Shown: positions 1 through 9,335 of the stretch, piece after piece
How the letters are laid out: each line of letters starts with the position of its first letter
Position numbering within the stretch: position 1 is the stretch's first letter
IMG/VR virus record: IMGVR_UViG_3300048819_000066
Location: 1-30,677 of that record
DNA length: 30,677 nt
Source of the DNA: a virus
Lineage: Duplodnaviria; Caudoviricetes
Strand: one strand, 5' to 3'
Notes under the pieces: generated by a model
What the model saw: the letters and a program-made list of their open reading frames with translations, nothing else
The model's database searches: none
Told to the model about the DNA's origin: nothing
Made by a program: the position numbers and the translations under genes

Positions 1-43
1 GCTTTAATGGCCTTATAGCTGATAAGGTAGAAAAGGAAATCTT

Positions 44-340
44 GTGGCTTTAGGTGGAAAAAGAGAAGGCTCTGGACGCAAGAAGGGCACTTTAAATAAG
101 CCTACTCAAGATCTATTTGATATATGTTCTAAACACAATGTTAACGTATTTGAGGCCATGATTATGTTAACAGCTAATGAGCAAGATCCAACCAAAAAGT
201 TTGAGCGACTAGCAAAGGTTGCACCTTATTTATATCCACAACGAAAAGCCGTAGAAATGAATGCTACTGTCACCAACAATGAAGAACATCAAAAAGAAAT
301 TGATCGTTATGCGGAAATGCTAGCAAAGGCTAAAGGCTAA
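44..340 (+). CDS. Putative terminase small subunit
   Basis: GTG start after an AAGGA SD. N-terminal GGKREGSGRKKGTLNK resembles TerS-like proteins. Lies just upstream of TerL. Confidence 0.65.
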   Translation: MALGGKREGSGRKKGTLNKPTQDLFDICSKHNVNVFEAMIMLTANEQDPTKKFERLAKVAPYLYPQRKAVEMNATVTNNEEHQKEIDRYAEMLAKAKG

Positions 341-546
341 TGCGTAAACCTATTTTCTGTAATAAGTGTAAACAATTAAAGCCTCAAGGTAGAGACATTG
401 TAGGTCTTGGTTGGCTAGTTTGTGAATGTGATACTCCAAAGCTTCCAAAAGGCGCAAAGCTTGCTGAAGCTAAAGCAACTCAAGACTTAGCGAAGCTTGC
501 GTTGGACGCAATCAAATCTAAAGATCCTTTTGTATTCAAAGAATGA
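340..546 (+). CDS. Hypothetical protein with CxxC...CxC motif; carries an in-frame copy of the 24-bp element
   Basis: Coupled to both neighbours (TAATG, ATGA overlaps). CNKC and CEC motifs. Confidence 0.6.
   Translation: MRKPIFCNKCKQLKPQGRDIVGLGWLVCECDTPKLPKGAKLAEAKATQDLAKLALDAIKSKDPFVFKE
489..512 (+). repeat. 24-bp double-hairpin element, copy 1 (AGCGAAGCTTGCGTTGGACGCAAT)
   Basis: Exact reverse complement of the copies at 29207-29230 and 29246-29269. Read as LAKLALDAI in ORF 340-546. Confidence 0.95.
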
Positions 547-1247
547 TTAAAGATCTTAAAAACCATGACTTTGACTTTCAGAAACATGCTTATAAAAAAG
601 CACTAGCTTTAACCTTTAAACAAGACTTATTTGCTCTAGCCCATGTTGGTCTAGGTTATGAGGCTATGACTAAGCATACGCATAAGCCTATCACTGACAT
701 GCTAATGAGCCCAACGAAGAAGAAGCTTTTAGTTATTCCAAGAGGCTGCTTTAAGTCTTCAATCGCTTCAATATCCTTTCCAATATGGCTATTGATCAAT
801 GATCCAAATAGACGAATATTAATAGACTCAGAGCTTTACACTAATTCATGCAGGTTCTTGCGTGAGATTAAAGGTCACTTAACATCAAAGATTATGATTG
901 ATTTATTCGGTGAATTTGTAGGACCAACATGGACTGAATCAGAGCTTATCATTAAGCAACGAACTAAGGTCTATAAGGAAGCTTCGATCACTTGTTCAGG
1001 CATTGGTGCGCAGAAGACATCACAGCATTATGATTATATCATTGCCGATGACTTAAGTTCGATGGACAATGCCATGAGTGACGATCAGCGGGACAAGGTT
1101 ATTAACCATTATAAGCTCTATATTAGCTTGCTTGAACCAGGTGGGACTATCGTTGTGATAGGTACAAGGTTCAGCCACGGCGATATTGTTCAGCATATTA
1201 TTGATAATGAGATCGATCCTGAACAACGAAAGGGATTAATTGTCTGA
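543..1247 (+). CDS. terL: Terminase large subunit, N-terminal ATPase half (split gene)
   Basis: Walker A-like LLVIPRGCFKSS, Walker B YIIADD, coupling motif VIGTRF. Stops (TGA) about 25 aa after the coupling motif, with no nuclease domain. Confidence 0.88.
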   Translation: MIKDLKNHDFDFQKHAYKKALALTFKQDLFALAHVGLGYEAMTKHTHKPITDMLMSPTKKKLLVIPRGCFKSSIASISFPIWLLINDPNRRILIDSELYTNSCRFLREIKGHLTSKIMIDLFGEFVGPTWTESELIIKQRTKVYKEASITCSGIGAQKTSQHYDYIIADDLSSMDNAMSDDQRDKVINHYKLYISLLEPGGTIVVIGTRFSHGDIVQHIIDNEIDPEQRKGLIV

Positions 1248-1270
1248 TTTAAGACCTAAAGGAGATATAA

Positions 1271-1525
1271 ATGAGAAAGAAAAACAATGACAACAATCTC
1301 GCAAGCATTGGCGTTCCTTTGGAGATTACTGTTACTAATCCAAAGACTAAATCAAAGCATAAATGTCCTTGCTTAATGCCAATGGATTGCATCGGAATGG
1401 ACTATGCTACATTTACAAAGAGTTATGGACCGCATATTGTTAATGCAGTTCATGATTTATTGCAGCACAAAAGCTTTACCAAAGGTCTAGATAGCAAAGA
1501 ATCAAGCTTGATTTTAAGTCCTTAA
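1271..1525 (+). CDS. Hypothetical protein between the terminase halves
   Basis: Strong SD TAAAGGAG. 84 aa. No HNH, GIY-YIG or LAGLIDADG motif seen. Confidence 0.7.
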   Translation: MRKKNNDNNLASIGVPLEITVTNPKTKSKHKCPCLMPMDCIGMDYATFTKSYGPHIVNAVHDLLQHKSFTKGLDSKESSLILSP

Positions 1526-1559
1526 TATGTAGCAATAGTTACTTCATGGAGGAAGTCGT

Positions 1560-1952
1560 ATGCATATAAATTTTCCTATGTCTCAAGGTCTTGGAGTTAC
1601 AACATTCCAAACAGCTAATGGCACATCATTCACTTACATTGCTAATATTAGAAATCAGATAGGTGTTGCGATATTTGCTGGAACTTCAGGCATTGAGATT
1701 GCTGGAATGGGTGTGAGTTATGGACCTTCGTCTATCACATTAATCAATGGTGTTACAACAACACTTACCTTTATGAATTCGAATGGGTCTAGTCTTTTGC
1801 TTGCGCCTAATGGCTCTGGCTTGCCAGTGTTTAACACTATCCTTGAGCCTTTGAGCTTCTTTACAGGTGCTCCGATTTGGTTGAGCCAGCGAGCTAATAG
1901 CTTGACCGTAACAGTGGCTTATTTCACATCGGATGCCTTTGGCAATCAATGA
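1560..1952 (+). CDS. G/S/T-rich, nearly uncharged, probably virion-associated protein between the terminase halves
   Basis: SD GGAGG. Shares NGSSLL and G-[VL]-TTF motifs with the proteins at 8900 and 9782. Its stop overlaps the ATG of the nuclease half. Confidence 0.7.
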   Translation: MHINFPMSQGLGVTTFQTANGTSFTYIANIRNQIGVAIFAGTSGIEIAGMGVSYGPSSITLINGVTTTLTFMNSNGSSLLLAPNGSGLPVFNTILEPLSFFTGAPIWLSQRANSLTVTVAYFTSDAFGNQ

Positions 1953-2740
1953 GTGATAGTGATTGGGATGTGCTTTATAAGTCTTGTTATAATGATGATG
2001 GCTCTCTTTTATTCCCAGAGCGATTAAGTGAAGAATTTCTACAATCAGCTAAGCGTCACATGGGAAGTCAGTTCTTTTCTAATCAATACTTAAACAAAGT
2101 CATTGACGAATCAGCTAAACCGTTTAAAAAGCAATGGTTAAGATACTATGAGGAAATACCTGAAAATGTATACCGATTCATATTTATTGATCCAGCAATC
2201 TCTCAGTCTGATGCTGCTGATTTTACTGCTGTCGCTGTTGTTGCTGTAGATGAGCAAAAGCAGTGGTATTTAGAACATAGTTCAAAGCATAAGATAACCC
2301 CGACTAAGATCATGAATTTATTATTTCAATTGTGTGAACGCTTTAACCCTATGAAGATAGGCATTGAAGATGTAGCCTTTCAAAAAGTGCTAGTTTACAT
2401 GGCATTTGAAGAAATGGAACGTCGTAACATTTGGTTGCCGCTAGAGGGGATTAAGCCACCTAATGACAAAAGCAAGCAAATGAAGATTTTAGGCTTGATT
2501 CCCCGATTTGAATGGGGAAGGATTTTAATTAATAGAGGACTTTATGACTTTGAAAATGAGTACCTTGACTATGCAGGAGAAAGATCAAAGCATGATGACT
2601 TGTTAGATGCGTTGTCGAGCATTGAAGCTCTGATAACATACCCTACAAATAACACGGAGGAAATTAAAGATGTCCCACCAAACCACCCCGACTACGAAAG
2701 ACAATACAGGCTCAAGCTCCAAAGAGGACAAAAGTCCTAA
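1949..2740 (+). CDS. terL: Terminase large subunit, C-terminal RNase H-like nuclease half (split gene)
   Basis: Linker-like DGSLLFPERLS. Catalytic-type motifs FIFIDPA, IGIEDVAFQK and HDDLLDALS typical of the TerL nuclease domain. Confidence 0.88.
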   Translation: MSDSDWDVLYKSCYNDDGSLLFPERLSEEFLQSAKRHMGSQFFSNQYLNKVIDESAKPFKKQWLRYYEEIPENVYRFIFIDPAISQSDAADFTAVAVVAVDEQKQWYLEHSSKHKITPTKIMNLLFQLCERFNPMKIGIEDVAFQKVLVYMAFEEMERRNIWLPLEGIKPPNDKSKQMKILGLIPRFEWGRILINRGLYDFENEYLDYAGERSKHDDLLDALSSIEALITYPTNNTEEIKDVPPNHPDYERQYRLKLQRGQKS

Positions 2741-3002
2741 AGTTAAACCTTTTGATAAGGATATTATAGCGTCAACTCGCGATGAGTATGAAAAAGCTGT
2801 ATCTTATTCACGTCGTGAGAAAGTTCCATATCCTGTCTTTGTTACTGAAGATATATTTGACGTTATTACAGACGGTGATAACAAAGTGCCATTGTTTCAT
2901 AAAGGTGATGGCACTCCTGCTGGTAAAGCTGTCGCAGTTATTCCTTTTGATCGTAAAGACGAAGGTCTTTCCATGCTTTCAGGTGGAAAAAAGATCTTAT
3001 AA
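2670..3002 (+). CDS. Hypothetical protein
   Basis: SD GGAGG before the ATG at 2670. Overlaps the 3' end of the nuclease half by 71 nt. TAATG-coupled to the next ORF. Confidence 0.55.
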   Translation: MSHQTTPTTKDNTGSSSKEDKSPKVKPFDKDIIASTRDEYEKAVSYSRREKVPYPVFVTEDIFDVITDGDNKVPLFHKGDGTPAGKAVAVIPFDRKDEGLSMLSGGKKIL

Positions 3003-3250
3003 TGGAATTAATTGTAATTTCTGGTCTTGTATTTTTATTGATCTTAAGTAACGCTTTATGGACATGGAATACTCACAAGCTTCTAAATAAATTGATGTCT
3101 CGTGATTTTTTTGTGTATCAGCAAGCTAAACAGATACCAAAAGCTGCTGATGCTGAACTAGCAGAGGCGCTTAAAAATGTTAAGATACCAGTCCAAAACG
3201 GTCCAAATGAATTGGATTCACTGGACGAATTGATTAACAGAACGTTTTAA
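3002..3250 (+). CDS. Hypothetical membrane-anchored protein
   Basis: N-terminal hydrophobic helix LIVISGLVFLLILSNALW. Confidence 0.65.
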   Translation: MELIVISGLVFLLILSNALWTWNTHKLLNKLMSRDFFVYQQAKQIPKAADAELAEALKNVKIPVQNGPNELDSLDELINRTF

Positions 3251-3263
3251 ATTATAACCAAAC

Positions 3264-3305
3264 AGCCTTAGCAACCTAGGTTCTAGGGCTCCACTAATAG
3301 CGGAG
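3264..3305 (+). promoter_or_regulatory. Hairpin(s) in the leader of the portal gene
   Basis: AGCCTTAG...CTAGGGCT stem (one G-U) enclosing the palindrome AACCTAGGTT. A following CTCC...GGAG pairing could mask the SD. Confidence 0.35.
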
Positions 3306-3314
3306 ACTCAAGGG

Positions 3315-5435
3315 ATGAGTTTATTCGATCGTGGGCAAGGAAAGCCTACAGGTGATGACGGCGAAGGCCCTTCAGGTGTTATGCCTGTCGACGATGCTAG
3401 TGATCAACCTGATGCTGATAAGAAACTAGCTTCATTTATTAAAGACAAAGTTGAAGAGTCAAGGCGATCTTCTAGTCGTATATCCAACGAAGGCGTTTGG
3501 ATGACGAATATTGCATATTTATTGGGGTTTTATGGAGTCTATTTCGATACTACATTACGACAATACCAGCCAGCACAGAATAACAATACAAGCTACATGT
3601 CGAGAAACAAGCTCCAAGTTAATAAGATTTTACCGACTGTGCAAAATCGCTTGGCTCGTCTTTGCAAAAATCCGCCAAAGTATGAAGTAAGACCTAACTC
3701 GAATGACACTCACGATAAAGAAGCTGCAACCCTATCTTTACAAGTTCTTAACTATATCATGGATAAAGAGAAGGCGACCGCTAAGCGCCAAGAGCTCTAT
3801 ATGTGGATGCAAGAAATAGGGCATAGCTACATCAAGGTTTGCTGGGATGAACAAGCTGGTGAGCCTATGGTTGATCCTGAGACCGATGAGCAGGATGGTT
3901 ATGAGGGCGATGTAAGATTAGAAGTAGTACCAGGTTTAGAGGTTTTTCCAGATCCTATAGCAAAGAATCTTGATGAAGCGCAGTGGGTAGCTCAAGCAAA
4001 GCTTAGAAAACTTGATTACTTTAAAACGCATTATCCTGAACGCGGTGATTTGGTAAAAGAAGAAGGAACTTGGCTGCTCAGTACGCAGTACGAAACCCGC
4101 ATTAATTCCCTTAACGTTAGGGGGCAAGGTCAAACAGGTGCTCAGACTTTCGCCAAGAATACTGCTATCGAGCTTATCTATTATGAGCGCAGAACCAAGA
4201 AATATCCCAATGGCAGAATGATTGTCTCCGCTAATGGCGTCCTTCTTATGGATAAGGAATTGCCTTGTGGCGAGATTCCCCTTGTTAAGTTCGATGACGT
4301 CCTCATTGGTGGCAAGTATTACTCTGAAAGTCTCATCACTCATCTTCGTCCCCTCCAAGATCAATTCAATTGGTTATATTCAAAACGTACTTCATGGGTC
4401 AATAAATTACTAGCTGGAAAATATTTAGCTCCAAAAGGTCATGGAATTATTCAAGAAGCTTTCGATGACACATCTGGTGAAATTATTGAATATAACCCAG
4501 GTCCTCAAGGTCAAAAGCCAGAGGCCATACAAACTCCAATGATACCTCAATATGCTTATCAAGAAGAAGATCGTCTGCAATCTTCGATGTTTGATATTTC
4601 AGGCATTAACGAAGTTTCAAGGGGTCAAGTTCCAACTGCTGGTATTCCAGCCATAGGAATGCAATTCTTAATGGAGCAAGATGATACTAGAATTGGTATC
4701 GTAACAGAGAATAATGAAAATGGTTGGGCAGCAGTTGGCTCCCTTGTGCTTAAATATGTGGAAAAGTATTATGCATTAGAGCGAACTATTAAAATCGCAG
4801 GTCCAAGGCTTGAATATACAGTTAAATCATTTCAAGGAAAAGACATCCGTAAACATACGGATGTTATGGTCATTCGTGGCTCTACATTGCCAGGAAGTAA
4901 AGTGCTTAAACGTCAAGAAATTCTTAACCTTCGTTCACAAGGTTTATTCGGTAATCCAAACGACCCTCAAGTTATTCAAAAAGTAATGGATATGCTTGAG
5001 TATGGTGATTCTTACCTAGCTTGGGAAGAACAAGGCATAGACATGGCTCAAATAGAGAATGATTTAGAGCTTATTGAACAGGAAACTATTCCTGATTTGA
5101 ATGAGTTTGATAATCATGAGCTACATATTAAGCGTAAAAATCTCTATAGAAAATCAGATAAGGTTAAGAAACTAAGCGACACTGCAATGAAGATATTAAT
5201 ATTCGATATAGAGAGACGCATTCAGCTTCTAACTCTATCTAGAAACCCTCAATTAATAGCTCAAGCGCAACAAGTTGCCGTAGCACAACAACAAATAAAC
5301 GCAGGAAAAGCACAATTCATGGCAAATGCTGGAAATCTAACTTCTGGGAACCCACCAGGAATGCCAAGCGGTCCACCACAAGGTGTTGCTCCACTTGGGC
5401 CACCTCAGCCACCAGTGCCACCACCACAAACTTAA
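3315..5435 (+). CDS. Portal protein (P22-like podoviral type)
   Basis: 706 aa, follows TerL. Motifs NKILPTV, FPDPIAKNLDEAQW, LRPLQDQFN and ISGINEVSRG resemble podoviral portals. Q/P-rich C-terminal tail. Confidence 0.85.
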   Translation: MSLFDRGQGKPTGDDGEGPSGVMPVDDASDQPDADKKLASFIKDKVEESRRSSSRISNEGVWMTNIAYLLGFYGVYFDTTLRQYQPAQNNNTSYMSRNKLQVNKILPTVQNRLARLCKNPPKYEVRPNSNDTHDKEAATLSLQVLNYIMDKEKATAKRQELYMWMQEIGHSYIKVCWDEQAGEPMVDPETDEQDGYEGDVRLEVVPGLEVFPDPIAKNLDEAQWVAQAKLRKLDYFKTHYPERGDLVKEEGTWLLSTQYETRINSLNVRGQGQTGAQTFAKNTAIELIYYERRTKKYPNGRMIVSANGVLLMDKELPCGEIPLVKFDDVLIGGKYYSESLITHLRPLQDQFNWLYSKRTSWVNKLLAGKYLAPKGHGIIQEAFDDTSGEIIEYNPGPQGQKPEAIQTPMIPQYAYQEEDRLQSSMFDISGINEVSRGQVPTAGIPAIGMQFLMEQDDTRIGIVTENNENGWAAVGSLVLKYVEKYYALERTIKIAGPRLEYTVKSFQGKDIRKHTDVMVIRGSTLPGSKVLKRQEILNLRSQGLFGNPNDPQVIQKVMDMLEYGDSYLAWEEQGIDMAQIENDLELIEQETIPDLNEFDNHELHIKRKNLYRKSDKVKKLSDTAMKILIFDIERRIQLLTLSRNPQLIAQAQQVAVAQQQINAGKAQFMANAGNLTSGNPPGMPSGPPQGVAPLGPPQPPVPPPQT

Positions 5436-5444
5436 AGGAGATTT

Positions 5445-6284
5445 ATGAAAGAACATATGATGGAAGCTATTAAACGTAAGAAATTTCAAAAACAATATGA
5501 GTCTGATTCTGAAGGCGAACATTCAGAGGGTCAGTCTGCAAAAGAAGGTGATCAAGAACTTGCTCCTGAAGGTGGCATGAGTCCTCATTCAGAACAAGGA
5601 AGTCATTCTAGAGATGCTCTGCTTGGTCATCCACCTGAACATCCAGCTTTAAAGGCAACACGTCCTGCTGATTTACAAGGTGAAACACAATTAGGAAAAG
5701 AAATAGGATTTGATCATGAATCACACGGCTCTCCGGCTAATTCAAAGAATTTATTCATTGATACTAAAAAAGATCCACACGATCCAGTCGATCTTAATAG
5801 ACATCGCAATATGGCTGGTGACGGTTCGAATCCTAAATATGATAATATGGGTGTTGATGAGCATGTAGATGTCCGTAAACAAGCCTCTAAACTCACTGGT
5901 AAGAATGCAATAGCTGGTGAAGCACAAAAACGTCATGAACGTGGTTTTGTTAATTCAAAAATGGACATCGCTAGTAAAGAATCAAGTGCTGGGTCTAACT
6001 TCGGTCGTGACGCTGGAACTGATTCAGAAGATGCAGTTAAACACAATTCACTTCAAGCGGGCTTTGGAGCACCACAATCAAAAGTAAATCGCTCAGGCAG
6101 CGCCAAACAAGGTTGGGACATGGATGAAGAAGGCGCTAATGGCCGTGACAGTTTCTACAAAGCTGGTGGCGAAACAGATCATGATGGTGATGAAGAAGGT
6201 CATAGCATAAAATCTCGTATGACTGGTTTTAAAAGCGCAAGAGCGAAGCTTGATGGATTCTTATCTAAAATGAAAAAAAGCTAA
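5445..6284 (+). CDS. Hypothetical disordered, charged protein (H/D/E/G-rich)
   Basis: SD AAGGAG. Low hydrophobicity. Sits between portal and scaffold. Confidence 0.7.
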   Translation: MKEHMMEAIKRKKFQKQYESDSEGEHSEGQSAKEGDQELAPEGGMSPHSEQGSHSRDALLGHPPEHPALKATRPADLQGETQLGKEIGFDHESHGSPANSKNLFIDTKKDPHDPVDLNRHRNMAGDGSNPKYDNMGVDEHVDVRKQASKLTGKNAIAGEAQKRHERGFVNSKMDIASKESSAGSNFGRDAGTDSEDAVKHNSLQAGFGAPQSKVNRSGSAKQGWDMDEEGANGRDSFYKAGGETDHDGDEEGHSIKSRMTGFKSARAKLDGFLSKMKKS

Positions 6285-6306
6285 TATCTAATAAAGGAGT
6301 AACCCC

Positions 6307-7215
6307 ATGGAACAAGAATTAAATAACAACATTAACGAAACACAACCGTCCAATGAACCAGCTAGTGGTAGCGATCAAGCTGGCGCTAGTGGTTCAGATA
6401 ACGGAAGTTTTGCTCCAGACTCGGGAGGTTCTAGTCCGTATGATTTATCGAAGGCTGAAAAAGTTCTTTTTGATGGTAAAGAAATGTCTACTGAAGAACT
6501 TAGGAAAGGCTACTATCGCCAACAAGATTATACCAAAAAAACCCAAAGTATTGCCGAACAAAAGCGTCAATTTGAAGAAGAAAGACGCAGTTATCAAATT
6601 GAGCAAGAAAAAGCGCAAAGTTTCGAAGAGAATTTAGATATTGATATTGATAATGTTTTAAAAAATCCGTCACTAGAAGCTAAATTCAAAGAAATCTATC
6701 CTGTGAAATATCACAAGTTCTTAGATCAAGCTTTGAAATTTACTTTTGGCGACAAAACGTCACCTGATTATGAAGTTCGTACCTTGAAGGAGCAATTCAA
6801 AGCTATTCAAGACAACATTCAAACGCAAAATATGGAGCGTGCAAAGCAAGCATTTGAAAAGCAAGTTTCTCAAGATTCAGAAATCTTAGAATCTGCTATT
6901 TCAAGACTCTCTAGCAAGTATCCAAAGGCATTTGAGGACGTTGTTTTGGCTAGAGCTGAATACCTCGCTGCTTCGATAAAAAAGGATGCTAATTTCAACG
7001 CAAATTTCACTCAAATGTTAGAAAAACTCTACAAAGAGAATCATACAGAGATCGATAATTTGCTGAAGCGAGAATATAAACAAAAAGTTGAATCACAAAA
7101 ACAAGCAAACACTCGTGCAAGAGATGTTGGCAAAGGCGGCGGAACACCTGCGGCTGGTCCAACTAAACTTAAGCTAAAAGATGTGAAGAATCATATCTTG
7201 GGCGGCATGAGCTAA
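6307..7215 (+). CDS. Capsid scaffolding protein
   Basis: Acidic disordered N-terminus, ELRKGYYRQQDYTKKTQ motif typical of phage scaffolds, coiled-coil character, directly before the major capsid gene. Confidence 0.8.
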   Translation: MEQELNNNINETQPSNEPASGSDQAGASGSDNGSFAPDSGGSSPYDLSKAEKVLFDGKEMSTEELRKGYYRQQDYTKKTQSIAEQKRQFEEERRSYQIEQEKAQSFEENLDIDIDNVLKNPSLEAKFKEIYPVKYHKFLDQALKFTFGDKTSPDYEVRTLKEQFKAIQDNIQTQNMERAKQAFEKQVSQDSEILESAISRLSSKYPKAFEDVVLARAEYLAASIKKDANFNANFTQMLEKLYKENHTEIDNLLKREYKQKVESQKQANTRARDVGKGGGTPAAGPTKLKLKDVKNHILGGMS

Positions 7216-7228
7216 CAAGGAGCTATAA

Positions 7229-8446
7229 ATGGCTAATCAGTTTCAAAACTTAACCTCCGGCTTGGCGGAGCTAAAAAATTTCTACCAAGGACCGATCGTC
7301 GATCAGTTTTCTGAAGACGTTCCAGTCTATCGTGGAGCAGAGAAAATCAAGCAAGGATGGTCTGGATTACAAGTAATTAGACCATTACGCGTTGTTAAAA
7401 ACATGGGTATCGGTGCAGTGGCAGATAATGGAACCTTACCTTCAATCGGTCGTCAAACTACCGTACAAGCTATCATTGCAGCGAAGTTTAACTATCTTCG
7501 TTTCGGTGTTACTGGTCCTATGATCAAATCTAGTCAATCTGATACAGGATCATTCGTTCGCACAGCGGCTTATGAACTTGAAATGGGATACAAAGATTTG
7601 ATGAATGATTGCAATCGACAATTCGGTTGGTCTGGATCTGGAATCTTAGCAACAGTTTCTTCTGCTGCTTCTGGTTCTACATCATTAACAATCGCAGGTC
7701 GAGAATCAGTCGAGCCAGCACTTAAATTCGTAGACGTTGGTTTGGTGTTTGATATTACAGATGGTACAACCATCTATGCTTCAGGAGTAGTTGTTAACTC
7801 AATTTCTTCTGGAACTCCAACATCATCAACAGCGACACTTGTATTAAATCAAGCTGTTACTGCAACGACTGCTTATTATTTGATTCGTTCTGGATCACTT
7901 AATAATGAAATTCAAGGTTTATTAACTGCTCTTGATGGCAATACTACAACTATTTACAACGTAAATCGTGCTAGTTATTTGTCATATCAAGGTAACGTTA
8001 ATAACTTAAGTGCTGCACAATTAACATTGAATCAAATTCAGTTTGCATACAATGAAGGTATGAGACGTGGTGGAGCGAAATACTCTGCGATTTACTCAGA
8101 TTTTCCTAGTTTGCAATACTATCAAAAACTACTCACACCAGATAAACGCTATGTAAATACTGTTAAAGGTGATGGTGGATTCGCTAATAAAGACAAATTC
8201 TATTTGGATTTTAATGGCATTCCATGGGTAGCAGATAAAGATAGTCCTCAACGTATTTTCATTTTGCCAGAAGACGCATTTAAAAACTACGTCTTAGCAG
8301 AAATGGAATTCGCTGATGAAACAGGTTCTATGTACATCGCGCAAACTTCTACAGATGCATTTGAAGTGCGTGTGCGTTTATTCACTAATCTATTCAATGA
8401 ACAACCAGCAGCTTGCGCTGTTGTACAAAACTACACATCTCCATAA
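7229..8446 (+). CDS. Major capsid protein (HK97 fold, with an S/T-rich insertion domain)
   Basis: 405 aa, SD AAGGAG, follows the scaffold gene. C-terminal LDFNGIPWVADKDSP...IFIL is typical of MCPs. Confidence 0.85.
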   Translation: MANQFQNLTSGLAELKNFYQGPIVDQFSEDVPVYRGAEKIKQGWSGLQVIRPLRVVKNMGIGAVADNGTLPSIGRQTTVQAIIAAKFNYLRFGVTGPMIKSSQSDTGSFVRTAAYELEMGYKDLMNDCNRQFGWSGSGILATVSSAASGSTSLTIAGRESVEPALKFVDVGLVFDITDGTTIYASGVVVNSISSGTPTSSTATLVLNQAVTATTAYYLIRSGSLNNEIQGLLTALDGNTTTIYNVNRASYLSYQGNVNNLSAAQLTLNQIQFAYNEGMRRGGAKYSAIYSDFPSLQYYQKLLTPDKRYVNTVKGDGGFANKDKFYLDFNGIPWVADKDSPQRIFILPEDAFKNYVLAEMEFADETGSMYIAQTSTDAFEVRVRLFTNLFNEQPAACAVVQNYTSP

Positions 8447-8454
8447 GGAATTGT

Positions 8455-8898
8455 ATGTCTCATAGAGCAAGACGAATCACAAAAGCAATTTCAGATTATG
8501 ATTATGACCTTTATGCAAAAGATGATCATGGAACAATTAGGATCTATCGAAAGTGTAAAGAACTTCATAAAGAGAAATTAACTTATGATTTAGATGTTCT
8601 TAACATCGTTAGGAATGATTATCTTGTTATGAGTCTTACAGACACTTGGGGAGTGCGTGGTAAAGCCGTTGATTGGGGTATTGAGCCGATTTTAGCAAGA
8701 ATCAAAGCTCTAGATCTTTGGAACTCAGATAATTTGTCTTCTGAATTCTTTAAACAAGAAGAGAAGGACGAGTTAGCGAGGGGAAAAGCTTTCAGGAATA
8801 ATGTTGAGAGTTTTCTTTATGATTTCAAAGCGGGTTTTGCGAAAGCTACTAACGACATTAATACTTCAAACATGTCTAAATTAAATAAAGGAGTTTAA
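8455..8898 (+). CDS. Hypothetical protein
   Basis: Likely start is the ATG at 8455 (MSHRARR), after SD TAAGGA. Confidence 0.7.
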   Translation: MSHRARRITKAISDYDYDLYAKDDHGTIRIYRKCKELHKEKLTYDLDVLNIVRNDYLVMSLTDTWGVRGKAVDWGIEPILARIKALDLWNSDNLSSEFFKQEEKDELARGKAFRNNVESFLYDFKAGFAKATNDINTSNMSKLNKGV

Positions 8899-8899
8899 A

Positions 8900-9334
8900 A
8901 TGGCTATAGTTAATAGAGATAAAGACGCATCAGAACAACGTTACGTCTTTACATTTAATTCACAGGTTACTGTGGGTGTATCAGGCCTAATCCAACTAGG
9001 AATGGTACCTTGCGGGGCTCAAATTCTGCAAATCGCAATGGCAGCACTTGGTATTTCAGGATCACCAATAGTTGGATTACAAATTCAACGATTCGTTGTT
9101 GGGTCTGGACTTACAACTTTTGCTTTGAACGGTTCTAGTCTTTTGACTATGCAAGCGTTTTCTACATCTGGTTTGCAATTGCAAATATTACCAGCAAGTG
9201 GAAACTCGTTAGCATTGTTACAAAAAGGCGACCTTATGCAATTAGTAACCAGTGGTGCAAACACAGCAGCTCAATACGTCGCTGAGTGTGTTGTCCAAAT
9301 TTTACAAGACGTTAAATCAGATTACGGGGTGTAA
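8900..9334 (+). CDS. Putative capsid decoration/cement protein, paralog 1 of 3
   Basis: NRDKDASEQR ... GISGSP ... QIQRFVVGSG ... ANTAA ... DYGV, shared with the next two ORFs. Beta-rich. Close to the MCP gene. Confidence 0.65.
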   Translation: MAIVNRDKDASEQRYVFTFNSQVTVGVSGLIQLGMVPCGAQILQIAMAALGISGSPIVGLQIQRFVVGSGLTTFALNGSSLLTMQAFSTSGLQLQILPASGNSLALLQKGDLMQLVTSGANTAAQYVAECVVQILQDVKSDYGV

Positions 9335-9335
9335 C

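Noticed and set aside
1248-1948. Group I/II intron, intein or homing endonuclease interrupting terL
   Set aside because: The gap is almost entirely two SD-led ORFs with no endonuclease or RT motifs, no visible intron core and no intein-type termini.
1204-1960. AATGAG shared near both terminase junctions as a target-site duplication or ribosomal hop site
   Set aside because: Only 6 nt, and the two copies are in different frames, so joining there would not restore TerL.
3936-4413. Antisense or alternate-frame ORFs within the portal gene (and similar ones within the MCP, GT and ejection genes)
   Set aside because: Fully nested in well-supported genes, with no SD or recognisable motifs.
6242-6258. 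Partial element matches (AGCGAAGCTTG here; similar near 12591 and 30619)
   Set aside because: Only 10-11 nt, they lack the second hairpin, and they are explained by coding sequence (AKL, SFA, ASL).
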